In this document: positions 1 through 11,722 of the stretch, in pieces
Layout of the letters: each line of letters begins with the position of its first letter
Numbering within the stretch: position 1 is the stretch's first letter
Notes under the pieces: generated by a model
Databases searched by the model: none
What the model saw: only the letters and a program-made list of their open reading frames with translations
What the model was told of the DNA's origin: nothing
Origin: Isurus oxyrinchus
Taxonomy: Eukaryota
Length of the DNA stretch: 64,000 nucleotides
Direction of reading: 5' to 3'
Assembly: GCA_026770705.1 (NCBI GenBank)
Contig: JANJGN010000071.1
Location: 1,984,001 to 2,048,000 of the forward strand
Translations under genes and position numbers: made by a program

Positions 1-9
1 CTGTGCAAG
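1..9 (+). CDS. Copy A: last bases of Siglec domain-2 (C2-set) exon
   Basis: ctgtgcaag|gtaagt is identical to the end of the complete C2 exon of copy D (45770-45778). Confidence 0.75.
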
Positions 10-3000
10 GTAAGTACGGACATCCTTCATTCCAGATTAGCTGGAATATTCTAGATTATGCATAGAAGGATCCCATAGAGAGGTATTGTGATGAGAAACA
101 GATCATCTGTTTTTTCGGGAAAATAGTGACCAGCACAACATTAATAACAGTTTCTGAACAGTAACACAGCGGCTTTTATTTCCAGCCAAGAGACCGATAG
201 AGCAGAGCAGGAATCACAATGTACTCACCCCCTGACAGTGCAGCACTCCCTCAGTACTGACCCTCTGACAGTGCAGCACTCCCTCAGCACTGACCCTCTG
301 ACAGTGCAGCACTCCCTCAGTACTGACCCTCTGACAGTGCAGCACTCCCTCAGTACTGACCCTCTGACAGTGCAGCACTCCCTCAGTACTGACCCTCCGA
401 CAGTGCAGCACTCCCTTAGTACTGATCATCCCACAGTGTAGCACTCCCTCTGTACAGACCCTCTGACAGTGCAGCACTCCCTCAGTACTCACCCTCCAAC
501 AGTGCAGCACTGCCTCAGGACTGACCCTCCGACAGTGCAGCACTCCCTCTATACTGACCCTCCAACAGTGCAGCACTCCTTCAGAACTGAACATTTGACA
601 GTGCAGCACTCCCTCAGTACTGACCCTCGGACAATGCAGCTCTCCCTCAATACTGACCCTCTGACAGTGCAGCACTCCCTCAGTACTGACCCTCTGACAG
701 GTCAGCACTCACTCCTTACTGAACTGAAGTGTCTGCCTGAATTGAGTGCTTTGTGGTGAAGGAACCTACATTGATATCACGCCTTTCACATTCTCAGTGT
801 CTCTCAAAGTGCTTCACAGTCAGTGTAAGTAACTGATCTTCATTTGTTTTCAGACACACCACAGAATCTCTCAATTACTTCTCTTGATATGATTAACGCT
901 TCATGGATCAATATAATTGAGGGGAATTCTGCAGTGATAATCTGCTCTGTCGAGAGCTTCCCAGCTTCTAACCTGACGTGGCGACATCTTAATGTCCCAA
1001 TGAACAGAACAAGTTCCAACAATGAGCTGTGGTTGGTGATTCCTCATGTTACATCCAGGGACACTGGAGACTATCAGTGTGTGGCAGAGAATGAACATGG
1101 AGCAGTGGAGGGGTTCATAACCATCACTGTGGAATGTGAGTTACACAGACTTCAACATCTCTCTCAGATTTGAACACATATACACAAATGATCAACCACA
1201 TGCACACACAAACACTCACTGCACTGGAGTCCCGGTGTCAGCTCTGATTCTGTGCTGAAGGAAGGTAAACTCCAGATCAACAAGACCCTGAATTGGATGA
1301 GCAACCTCCTGAACAGAGAAATGTAGATTTACACCTCAGTGCTCCATTGGTCAAATACAATTCATTGCCTGCCCAGCCCTTGGTGAAATACTGAGGATGT
1401 GAATGGAAGGTTCTTTCATTCTAGATGGACAGCACCTCAATGGGTGGGAGAATGTAACTGCAGTGTGACAGTTTACATAGGCAGTATCCATTGTAAATGT
1501 GACAGAGGAACGTATGCTGAGGAAGGTGCCTGGAATTGCATTCAGACATCAGATACAGAGAGATGATGCATGGAGTCTTGCTGTGCACTGTGATTGCTCA
1601 CATTAAAATCTTTATGTTTTTAGATGCCCCACAGAATCTCTCAATTACTTCTCTTGATATGATTAATGCTTCATCGATCAATATAATTGAGGGGAATTCT
1701 GCAGTGATAATCTGCTCTGTCGAGAGCTTCCCAGCTTCTAACCTGACGTGGCGACATCTTAATGTCCCAATGAACAGAACAAGTTCCAACAATGAGCTGT
1801 GGTTGGTGATTCCTCATGTTACATCCAGGGACACTGGAGACTATCAGTGTGTGGCAGAGAATGAACATGGAGCAGTGGAGGGGGTCATAACCATCACTGT
1901 GGAACGTGAGTTACACAGAATTGAACGTTCTCTTGTTATTAGCTCATGGGATGTGGGCATTGTTGACAAGACCAGAAATTATTGCGCATCTGTTACTGCC
2001 CCTTGAGAAGGTGGTGGTGAGCTGCCTTCTTTAACCATTGCAGTCCATGTGATGTAGGTACACCCACAGTGCTGTTAGGGAGGGTGTTCCAGGATTTTGA
2101 CCCAGCGACAGTGAAGGAACGGCTGATATAGTTCCAAGTCCCAGGGCAGACCACCACCACAAGTTCGCCTCCAAGTCACACACCTCACTGACTTGGAACT
2201 GTCTTGGTGGAAGAGGTTAAGGCTTTGGAAGGTGCTGTCGAAGGAGCCTCGGTGAGTTGCTGCAGTGCATCTTGTAGATGGTGCACACTGCTGCCATTGT
2301 GTGCCAGTGGTGGAGGGTATGAATGTTTATGCTGTGGATGGGCTGTCGATCAAACAAGCTGCTCCTGGATGGTGTTGAGCTTCTTGAGTGTTGTTGGAGC
2401 TGCACTTATTCAGGCAATTGGAGATTATTCCATCACACTCCTGACTTGTGCCTTGTCGATGGTGGACAGGCTTTGGAGAGTCAGGAGGTGAGTTACTCAC
2501 CACAGAGTTCCCAGCCTCTGACCCGCAGTTGTAGCCACATTATTTCCTCTTGCCGGGTTGTTGCCAGGGCCAATAGCCTTTGCTGTATCCAGTATCATCA
2601 GCTGATTCCTGATGTCACGTGGAGTCAATCGAATTGTCTGAAAGCTGACATCTGTGATGCTGGGACCCTCTGGAAGAGGCCGAGATGGATCATCCACTCA
2701 GCACTTCTGGCTGAACATGGTTGCCAATGCTTCAGCCTTGTCGTTTGCACTGATGTGCTGAGCTCCCCCATCATTAAGGATGGGGATATTTGTGGAACAT
2801 CCTCCTCCTGTTAGATCTTTAATTGTCCATCACCATTCATGACTGGATGTGGCAGGACTGCAGAGCTTAGATCTGACCCATTGGTTGTGGGATCGCTTTG
2901 CTCTGTCTATAGCATGTTGTTTCCACTGTTTGGTGTGTATGTAGTCCTGTGTGTCACCTCAGCAGCTTGGCACCTCTGTTATATGTGAATCCTCCTTATA

Positions 3001-6000
3001 GAAACCTGCATGTACATGGATATTATCAATAAATATTACATAGATAAATGTTATTTGTATAGATCTTTCATGCGTAGACAATATCACTTCACAAGTTCAG
3101 AATTACTACATGTACATAGGGAACCATTCTCAAACTGTACCGGAGTCATTCATTGGCTGATTTTACAGGGCGAGATTCCAATGAATGGAAAGCAGGATTG
3201 CTTGGAGCTGGAATCTGTTTGAGTGTTGGACTGAGTGGATTCTTCATCTTCAAGTGTGTGAGAAAGTAAGTGTGAAGGTTTAATTGGTTGTTTTTGAAAA
3301 TGTTTTCTTCAAACTTCTCTCCTTATAGAAAGAACTTGCATTTCTATAGCACCTTTCACAACACAAAACCCTTCACAGCCCCTGAAGAGCTTTGATGTTC
3401 ACTCACTGTTTCACATCTCATCCAACACTCACTGTTTCACAACTCAGTCCTGTAACAGGCAGTGTTGACCTGGACCATAAAATACCTTGTGACCTACTGA
3501 GGATGTGAAAGGTGCTATATAAATGAAAACCTTTCGTTTGTTAGTGAATGCAGTCTCTTTCCATTTTCCCTGTTGCATTCACTCTCTCTCTTATCTCTAC
3601 TAATGCTTTCCTTCTCATTCTCTCTCTCTCTCATTCACTCTCTCTCTTAACTCCACTAATGCTCTCCTTCTCATTCTCTCTCTCATTCACTCTCTCTCCA
3701 ATCTCCACTAATGCTCTCCTTCTCATTCTCTCTCTCATTCACTCTCTCTCCAGTCTCCACTAATGCTCTCCTTCTCATTCTCTCTCTCGTCCTCTTACAC
3801 ATTGTTCAGGATCTCACATTTTTAAGGAGCGCTGAGCAACATCTGCTCCTTCAGAAAATCCACCTCAACACCTGGAGTGAGCAGTGATTTGAAACTCGCT
3901 CAACGACTGTTCAACTTTACACAAGAATCACGTCACAGAGTCAGGACACAAAGAGTTAACAGTTTGCTTACAACACAAAACTAAGGCCCGACGTTTCAAT
4001 GAAAGGGTTTTCACAATTGTTCCCCAATTCCTGATTTGACTCACAGAGACACATCAACCGTTTCTCATTAAATACACAGAGGGAGCAGCACAGGAAGAGG
4101 TCATTCAGCCCAAGCAGAGCGTGTGGGCAGTTCCTCCCCAGGCGAGCAGTCGGACAGGTACTGGGTAAGTAACGGAACGATTGGAATTCACTTCCGCTAC
4201 CAACACCGTCCTTTGTTGATGTTGTGACTTTATAAAGACAGATTCCAATGATTGATGCCTTTGAAAGATTTCTACTGATGATTGAGATCTGGGTGTGAGG
4301 CTCAAGTCTGTTGTACAGAACATCTTTCTGGTTAAATTATGCAGACAGGTTACACACAGTCTACGATTATATTCCCTCAGGTCTAGGAGATTAAGGAGGG
4401 ATCTAACTGAGGGGTTCAAACTGATTAAACACTCGATAGGGTCGATAGAGAGAAGCTATTCCCTCGGGTGGGGGTGGGTGGTGGGGGTCGGGTGGAGTCC
4501 AGAACAAGGGGGCTGGAACTTCAGATTGGAGCCAGGCCATTCAGGGGTGATGTCAGGAAAAACTTCTTCACACAAAGGGGAGTGGAAATCTGGAACTCTC
4601 TCCCCAATAATCAAACCCAACACCGAATACACATCATGTTGATTGTCACTCTGTCCATTTCCATCTCTATTACAGAAGAGAGGCGAGGGGAAAGCAGGAA
4701 TCAAATCGAACCACCGTGTTGATGAATATCGAGGTCCTGTTTATGAAAACTGTGAGCGTGGTTGGGCTTTGAGGAATCAGGTGAGTCACACACCACAGGA
4801 TCCCCAGCCTCTCAGCTGCTCCAGTAGCCTGGTTATTGATATGGCTGCTCCAGTCCTGTATCTGCAATGTTTTATACAGTCACTCCCAAACCCAACCAAA
4901 CTCACACCTAACACCGTTCAGAATCAATAATCAAACCCCGATCAGTATCAATAATCAAACCCCATTCAGAATCAATAATCAAACCCCGCTCAGTATCAAT
5001 AATCAAACCCTGTTCAGAATCAATAATCAAACCCCATTCAGTATCAATAATCAAACCCCGTTCAGATTCAATAATCAAACCCCGCTCAGTATCAATAATC
5101 AAACCCTGTTCAGAATCAATAATCAAACCCCATTCAGTATCAATAATCAAACCCCGTTCAGATTCAATAATGAAACCCCGTTCAGTATCAATAATCAAAC
5201 CCCGTTCAGATTCAATAATCAAACCCCGTTCAGTATCAATAATCAAACCCCGTTCAGTATCAATAATCAAACCCCGTTCAGATTCAATAATCAAACCCCG
5301 TTCAGAATCAATAATCAAACCCCGTTCAGTATCAATAATCAAACCCCGTAAAGAATCAATAATCAAACCCCGTTCAGTATTAATAATCAAACCCCGTTCA
5401 GATTCAATAATCAAACCCCGTTCAGAATCAATAATCAAACCCCGTTCAGTATCAATAATCAAACTCTGTTCAGGATCAATAAACAAACACCGTTCAGAAT
5501 CAATAATCAAACCCCGTTCAGAATTAATTATCAAACCCCGTTCAATATCAATAATCAAACTTCGTTCAGGATCAATAATCGAACCCCGTTCAGAATCAAT
5601 AATCAAACCCCATTCAGTATCAAGAATCAAACCCCGTTCAGAATCAATAATCAAACCCCATTCAGTATCAATAATCAAACTTCGTTCAGGATCAAGAATG
5701 AAACACCGTTCAGATTCAATAATCAAACCCCTTTCAGAATCAATAATCAAACCCCATTCAGAATCAATAATCAAACCCCGTTCAGAATTAATTATCAAAC
5801 CCCGTTCAATATCAATAATCAAACTTCGTTCAGGATCAATAATCAAACCCTGTTCAGCATCAATAATCAAACCCCATTCAGTATCAATAATCAAACCCCG
5901 TTCAGTATCAATAATCAAACCCCGTTCAGAATCAATAATCAAACCCCGTTCAGTATCAATAATCAAACTTCGTTCAGTATCAATAATCAAACACCGTTCA

Positions 6001-7066
6001 GATTCTATAATCAAACCCCGTTCAGTATCAATAATCAAACCCCATTCAGAATAAAAAATCAAACCCCGTTCAGTATCAATAATCAAACCCCGTTCAGAAT
6101 CAATAATCATACCCCTTTCAGTATCAATAATCAAACCCCGTTCAGTATCAATAATCAAACCCCATTCAGAATTAAAAATCAAACCCCGTTCAGTATCAAT
6201 AATCAAACCCCGTTCAGAATCAATAATCAAACCCCGTTCAGTATCAATAATCAAACTTCGTTCAGTATCAATAATCAAACACCGTTCAGATTCTATAATC
6301 AAACCCCGTTCAGTATCAATAATCAAACCCCATTCAGAATAAAAAATCAAACCCCGTTCAGTATCAATAATCAAACCCCGTTCAGAATCAATAATCATAC
6401 CCCTTTCAGTATCAATAATCAAACCCCGTTCAGTATCAATAATCAAACCCCATTCAGAATTAAAAATCAAACCCCGTTCAGTATCAATAATCAAACCCCG
6501 TTCAGAATCAATAATCAAACCCTGTTCAGTATCAATAATCAAACACCGTTCAGAATCAATAATCAAACCCCGTTCAGTATCAATAATCAAACCCAGTTCA
6601 GAATTAATAATCAAACCCTGTTCAGTATCAATAATCAAACACCGTTCAGAATCAATCATCAAACCCCATTCAGTATCAATAATCAAACTTCGTTCAGGAT
6701 CAATAATCAATCCCCATTCAGTATCAATAATCAAACCTCATTCAGAATTAAAAATCAAACCCCGTTCAGTATCAATAGTCAAACGCCGCTCAGAATCAAT
6801 AATCAAACCCTGTTCAGTATCAATAATCAAACCCTGTTCAGTATCAATAATTAATGTTTCTATTATGGTTGGAATTTTCGATTTGGATCAATAATACTAA
6901 ACACTGATCACTCTGATTGTCACTCTGATCATTTCTGTTTCTATTACAGAAGAAAGATGAGAAGGATCTGGAAATGAAATCTAACCGCGGAGTCAATCCT
7001 GATACGGATGATGATCTTTACGCAAACTGTGAATTTGCCAAGGATTCTGTTTATGGGAATTTATAA
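1..7066 (+). CDS. Siglec-like gene copy A (3' part): C2 end - Ig - Ig - TM - three cytoplasmic exons with YxN motifs
   Basis: Exons <1-9, 854-1135, 1624-1905, 3169-3265, 4080-4164, 4676-4780 and 6950-7066 have AG/GT boundaries, compatible phases (1,1,1,2,0,0) and no internal stop. Leader and V exons lie upstream of the window. Confidence 0.8.
218..718 (+). repeat. 33-bp minisatellite (GACAGTGCAGCACTCCCTCAGTACTGACCCTCT)n
   Basis: Tandem units giving 11-aa periodic pseudo-ORFs. Confidence 0.95.
854..1135 (+). CDS. Copy A: Ig domain exon 3a (linker + C2/I-set)
   Basis: ttttcag|AC...GAAT|gtgag, 282 nt, phase 1-1. PQNLSI...IICSVESFPASNLTW...DTGDYQCVAENEHG carries the Ig C-W-DxGxYxC signature. 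Confidence 0.9.
1624..1905 (+). CDS. Copy A: Ig domain exon 3b (tandem duplicate of 3a)
   Basis: ttttag|AT...GAAC|gtgag, 282 nt, near-identical to 854-1135 at a 770-bp offset. Confidence 0.9.
1930..2975 (-). mobile_element. Degenerate CR1-group LINE fragments
   Basis: Antisense to 32600-33110-type sequence; minus-strand peptide LDTAKAIGPGN resembles the LINE KAxGPD motif. Duplicated at 48710-49730. Confidence 0.7.
3169..3265 (+). CDS. Copy A: transmembrane exon
   Basis: ttttacag|GG...AGAAA|gtaagt, phase 1-2. Encodes RDSNEWKAGLLGAGICLSVGLSGFFIFKCVRK and is homologous to 28870-28966. Confidence 0.85.
3575..3790. repeat. CT-rich tandem repeat (ctccactaatgctctccttctcattctctctc...)
   Basis: Several imperfect units of about 45 bp; copy at 50320-50530. 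Confidence 0.85.
4080..4164 (+). CDS. Copy A: probable first cytoplasmic exon
   Basis: acacag|A...TGG|gtaagt, phase 2-0, GSSTGRGHSAQAERVGSSSPGEQSDRYW. An alternative 4082-4157 is also phase 2-0. An exon of this phase is needed to join the TM exon to 4676. Confidence 0.55.
4676..4780 (+). CDS. Copy A: cytoplasmic exon with VYENC
   Basis: tattacag|AAG...CAG|gtgagt, phase 0-0, KRGEGKAGIKSNHRVDEYRGPVYENCERGWALRNQ. Confidence 0.75.
4912..6850 (+). repeat. 24-bp minisatellite (AATAATCAAACCCCGTTCAG[AA/TA]TC)n, about 80 units
   Basis: Intronic array between the two YxN exons, giving 8-aa periodic pseudo-ORFs. Confidence 0.97.
6950..7066 (+). CDS. Copy A: terminal cytoplasmic exon with LYANC and SVYGNL-stop
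   Basis: tattacag|AAG...TTA TAA, KKDEKDLEMKSNRGVNPDTDDDLYANCEFAKDSVYGNL*. Open in both A and D. Confidence 0.75.
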   Translation, partial: KKDEKDLEMKSNRGVNPDTDDDLYANCEFAKDSVYGNL

Positions 7067-8178
7067 ACTGAGCAAGAATGAGACACACACAGTGTGGGGA
7101 GAATACAGAACGGGAGAATCATTCAAAACTCTAACTTACCTTCCTAATATCCACAGGAACTCACTCCCAGGAAATAGATTTAAACCTCTTGTTACAATCT
7201 GATGGAATTTCTTCGGAATAATCTATCCAGGATGGTTGTCTGTGGGTTTCAATTCGAACATCCTCCTTCAGAATTGTCCCTCACTGTTGGAAACATCCTT
7301 CTCTCCATTCTGATTGTAAATGTCTTTAGATATCGTTCGATGATGTACCAGGACAGAACGGACAAATTCAATCCCGTGTCCGTGATTGAGTTAATTTTCA
7401 TTCTGTTATTCACCTTCCTGTCTGTCAGTGTTTACAGAATATTCATCAGCCAGTGTGGACTTCAGGAAATGCAGGATCGGTGGATAATTGGAGCAGAGGA
7501 GATTGGCAAAATTTACTCACGATTTTGTAGTGAAATGTATTTTCAGATATATATTTGGATTTTACACTTCATCGTTAAACAGCGAAACAAAGAAGAATCT
7601 GGGAAACAGGGAAACAATTTGATTGGAGATTTGAGAAATTCTCTGCAGCTCAGAGGATAACAGATGTGCTACAGTGCCACCACTGGTGGGAGGACATCAT
7701 TTCAGCGTGACATGTTTACATTCATGTTGCCAATGAACATTGAAAACTATGATGTGAAAAATTGTTTGCAGGTTTATCTTCTTCAATATGTCATGGATGG
7801 ATGAGACAGCTTTGATAACAGAATGAGATAGAGCTGCAATAAACCACCATTTTAGTCTTTCACACTTGGAGAGTACAATTAGCATCCATCCTGATGGTGA
7901 GTGGATGGGTGGACTGTGCGATGTGTTACAGATCACAGAGACCAACATACTCGATCCTGGTTCCGCTCTGTGTTTGATGAGATGCTTGATTCAAAGATTG
8001 GGAAAATAAATAATCCTCCTGCATTGATCTGTAACTGGTCATTTTCTCTGTTAATGAGGTGAGGACAGAATTGGGTTTGAGGTCCAAAATCAGACACATG
8101 CTTTAACTGCCCATTGAATAGGAACAGGAGGAGGCCATTCAGCCCCCTCGAGCCTGCTACACAGGAACAAGAGGGCAC

Positions 8179-8395
8179 CTGAAATAAGAACAGAAAATGC
8201 TGGAGAAACTGAGTAGGTCTGGCAGCATCTGTGCAGAGATAAACAGAAATAACATTTCGAGTCCGTATGACCCTTCTTCAGAGTCTCAAAGCAAAAACTC
8301 TGTTTCTCTCTCCACAGCTGCTGCCAGACCTGCTGAGTTAATGCAGCATTTTCTGTTTTTATTTCAGATTTACAGCATCTGCAGTATTTATTTTT
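8179..8395. mobile_element. Fold-back Penelope terminal-repeat remnant
   Basis: 8179-8247 and 8299-8367 are inverted copies; duplicate at 54537-54753. Confidence 0.7.
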
Positions 8396-8789
8396 AATGA
8401 GAGGAGGACATTCAGCCCCTCGAGCCTGTTACACAGGAACAGGAGGAGGCCCATTCTGTCCCCTTGAGCCAGTTACACAGGAACAGGAGGAGGCCCATTC
8501 TATCCCTTTGAACCTGTTACACAGGAACAGGAGGAGGCCCATTCACCCTCCTCGAGCCTATTACACAGGAACAGGAGGAGGCCCATTCTGTCCCCTTGAG
8601 CCTGTTACACAGGAACAGGAGGAGGCCCATTCACCCTCCTCGAGCCTGTTACACAGGAACAGGAGGAGGCCCATTCTGTCCCCTTGAGCCTGTTACACAG
8701 GTACAGGAGACCCATTCAGCCTCCACAAGCTTGTTACACAGGAACAATTGGGGTTCCATTCAGCCACTCAAGCCTGTTCCACATGAACG

Positions 8790-9625
8790 GGAACAAAAAC
8801 AAAAATAGCTGGAAAAACTCAGCAGGTCTGACAGGATCTGCGGAGAGGAACACACTTGACGTTTTGGGTCTGTATGACTCTTCATCAGAACTAAGGGAAT
8901 CGAGAAATGAGGTGACGTTTTAGCTGGTAGAGGGGGTGGGACAGGTAGAGCTGGATTGTGGGCCAGTGATAGGTGGAGGCAAAGAAGAGGTTGCCAAAGA
9001 TGTGATAGACAACAGGACAAAGGGGTGTTGACGGTGGTGATATTATCTGAGGAATGTGCTAATGGGGATATTAAGGGTAGAAAGCAGGACGAGCAAGAGA
9101 CAGATAGTCCTAGTGGGGGTGGGGTGGGGGAAAGGATTGAAATAGGCTAAAAGGTAGAGATACAACAACAGATGTAAAACATTTAAAAATAATGGAAATA
9201 GGTGGGAAAAGAAAAATATATAAATAAAATAAATATTAAAAATTATCAATTATTGGAAAAAGGGAGATTGGAAAGGGGGTGGGGATGGAGGAGAGAGTTC
9301 ATGATCTGAAATTGTTGAACTCAATATTCAGTCCGGAAGGCTGTAAAGTGCCAGGTCGGAAGATGAGGTGCTGTACCTCCAGTTTGTGTTGGGGCTTCAC
9401 TGGAACAATGCAGCAGGCCAAGGACGGACATGTGGGCATGAGAGCAGGGTGGGGTGTTAAAATGGCAAGCGACAGGGAGGTCTGGGTCATGCTTGTGGAC
9501 AGACCGAAGGTGTTCATCAGAGCGATCACCCAGTCTGTGTTTGGTCTGTCCCATGTAGAGGAGACCACATTGGGAGCAGTGAATGCAGTAGATTAAATTG
9601 AGGAAAGTGCAAGTGAAATGCTGCT
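8790..9625 (-). mobile_element. Penelope-like element fragment (GIY-YIG endonuclease + terminal repeat)
   Basis: Minus-strand GQTKHRLGDRSDEH...PVACHFN...LEVQHLIFRPGTLQPSGLNIEF. Confidence 0.85.
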
Positions 9626-11091
9626 CCCAATGATGCTCCTAATGTACTCGAGCCTGGTACACAGGAACTGGGGAAGGCCAATTCAGCCCCTTTAGCCTTT
9701 TACACAGGAACAGGAGGAGGCCCACTCAGCCCCATGAGCCTGGTACACAGTGAGAGAAGGAGGCCATTCAGCCCCCCTGAGCCTGTTGCACAGGAAAAGG
9801 AGGAGGCCTATTCAGCCTCTCAAGCTTATTACCCAGGAACAGGAGGAGGTCCATTCAGCCCCTCGAGCCTGTTACACAGGAACAGGAGGAGGCCCACTCA
9901 GCCCCATGAGCCTGGTACACAGAGAGAAGGAGGCCATTCAGCCCCCCTGAGCCTGTTGCACAGCAAAAGGAGACCCATTCAGCCCCTCGAGCTTGTTACA
10001 CAGGAACAGGAGGAGGTCCATTCAGCCCCTCAAGCCTGTTACACAGGAACAGGAGGAGGCCCATTCAGCCCCCTCAAGCCTGTTACACAGGAACAGGAGG
10101 AGGCCCATTCAGCCCCCTCGAGCCTGTTACACAGGAACAAGAGGAGGCCCACTCAGCCCCATGAGCCTGGTACACAGAGAGAAGGAGGCCATTCAGCCCC
10201 CCTGAGCCTGTTACACAGGAAAAGGAGACCCATTCAGCCCCTCGATCTTGTTACACAGGAACAGGAGGAGGCCCATTCAGCCCCTCGAGCCTGTTACACA
10301 GGAACAGGAGGAGGTCCATTCAGCCCCTCGAGCCTGTTACACAGGAACAGGAGGAAGTCATTCAGCCCCCTTGAACCTATAACACAGGAACAGGAGGAGG
10401 CCCACTCAGCCCACTCAAGACAGTTACACAGGAACAGGAGAAGGCCATTCAGCCCTCTCAAGCCTGTTACACAGGAACAGGAGGAGGCCCATTTAGCCCC
10501 CTCGAGCTTGTTACACAGGAACAGGGGGAGGCCCATTCAGCCTCCTCAGACATGTTACATAGGAACAGTAAGAGGACATTCAATTCCTCAACCCTCTTTA
10601 CTGGAGCAGTAAACACATTCAGCCTCCTTGAGCCTGTTACACAAGAACAGGAGGAGGTCCATTCAGCCCCTCAAGTCAGTTACATAGGAACAGGAGAAGT
10701 CTCATTCAGCCACACGAGCATCTTATATAAGAACATGAGGGGGCCCAAACAGCCCCTCAAGCCTCTTACACAAGAAGAGGAGGAGGAGGTTCATTCAGTC
10801 CCTCGAGGCTGTTACACAGGGACAGGAGGAGGCCCATTCAGCCACATGAGCCTGTTACACAGGGACTGGAGGAGGCCCATTCAGCTCCCTCGAACATGTT
10901 ACTCTTGAACACGAGGAGGTGCATACAGTCCCTCGAGCCTGTTACACTGGAACAGGAGGAGGCCCAGTCAACCCCTCGAGCCTCTTGCATGTGAACAGTC
11001 GATGGCCCTTCAACCACATTCTTGGTACACAAAGGGTTAACAGTTTTCTAACTGTGTGAGGCAAAGAATTGCTTTCTAACTTGGTACTAAC

Positions 11092-11232
11092 CACTTCCTC
11101 ATTTTGTCTCACAGAGACACATCAACCCTTTCTCATTAAACACACAGAGGGAGCAGCACAGGAAGAGGTCATTCAGCCCAAGCAGAGCGTGTGGGCAGTT
11201 CCTCCCCAGGCGAGCAGTCGGACAGGTCCTGG
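11092..11232 (+). promoter_or_regulatory. Putative promoter (PU.1/ETS site) and non-coding first exon of copy B
   Basis: CACTTCCTCATTT (reverse complement AAATGAGGAAGTG) followed by a block ending GG|gtaagt. The same arrangement precedes the leaders of C (19232-19372) and E (56398-56538); D has the block (to 41863) without the site. Confidence 0.5.
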
Positions 11233-11642
11233 GTAAGTAACGGAACGATTGGAATTCACTTCCACGACCAACACCATCCTTTGTTGATGTTGTAACTTTA
11301 TAAAGACAGATTCCAATGATTGATGCCTTTGAAAGATTTCTACTGATTATTGAGATCTGGGTGTGAGGCTCAAGTCTGTTGTACAGAACATCTTTCTAGC
11401 TCAAGGGATGAGGGAAGTGCAGAGACATGAGCTTTGGGACGTCCTGAGATAGTGAAAGGTGCTACAGAACTGCAAGACCTTCATTGTTTTTCTTTCTTAA
11501 AGCCTTGTAACTCTCTGCAGAGCACCTATCATCCCACAGAGAATCAAACTATTCTGTGAAGACATTGTCTAAAAGCAGTTCTGATCTCTCGAGAGCTGTC
11601 GGACAAGAGGTGAGGTCTCATTAACTCCGTTCTCTTTCACAG

Positions 11643-11722
11643 CTTGAGAGTGAGAAGTGGATGGAATATCTGGGAGTGGACGATGATCGGGAAATCTTAC
11701 TTTCTCCTGTAACTTCTCCAAG
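11643..11722 (+). pseudogene. Copy B: leader (signal peptide) exon with nonsense codon
   Basis: ATG at 11683 reads MIGKSYFLL*LLQ; donor caag|gtaat. Confidence 0.8.

Larger units (their letters stand above)
8120..10985 (+). repeat. 43-44-bp minisatellite (ACAGGAACAGGAGGAGGCCCATTCAGCCCCTCGAGCCTGTTAC)n, interrupted by Penelope fragments
   Basis: Tandem imperfect units resembling the antisense 3' end of the CR1-type LINE. Confidence 0.9.

Noticed and set aside
214-759. VLHCQRVSTEG / QHSLSTDPLT repeat proteins (also at 17.5-19, 30, 41, 46-48 and 63 kb)
   Set aside because: 33-bp minisatellite with no splice or start context. Its periodic Cys/His is not a zinc-finger spacing.
3252-3254. Lys in the A/D TM exon (FFIFKCVRK) as a DAP12-binding residue
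   Set aside because: It follows a 20-residue uncharged stretch and lies at the cytoplasmic border, not mid-helix.
4908-6734. 608-aa and other long repetitive ORFs (IIDSERGL / SIIKPRSE)
   Set aside because: By-product of a 24-bp stop-poor minisatellite in an intron. It is open in several frames and broken differently in the paralog.
7202-7660. 152-aa ORF after the stop codon of copy A
   Set aside because: It lies in the presumptive 3' UTR, has no recognisable domain, and is frameshifted in the paralog (53557-54017).
8397-10908. Repetitive ORFs and CRISPR-like appearance of the 43-44-bp array
   Set aside because: The units are head-to-tail with no unique spacers, the context is eukaryotic, and there are no cas genes.
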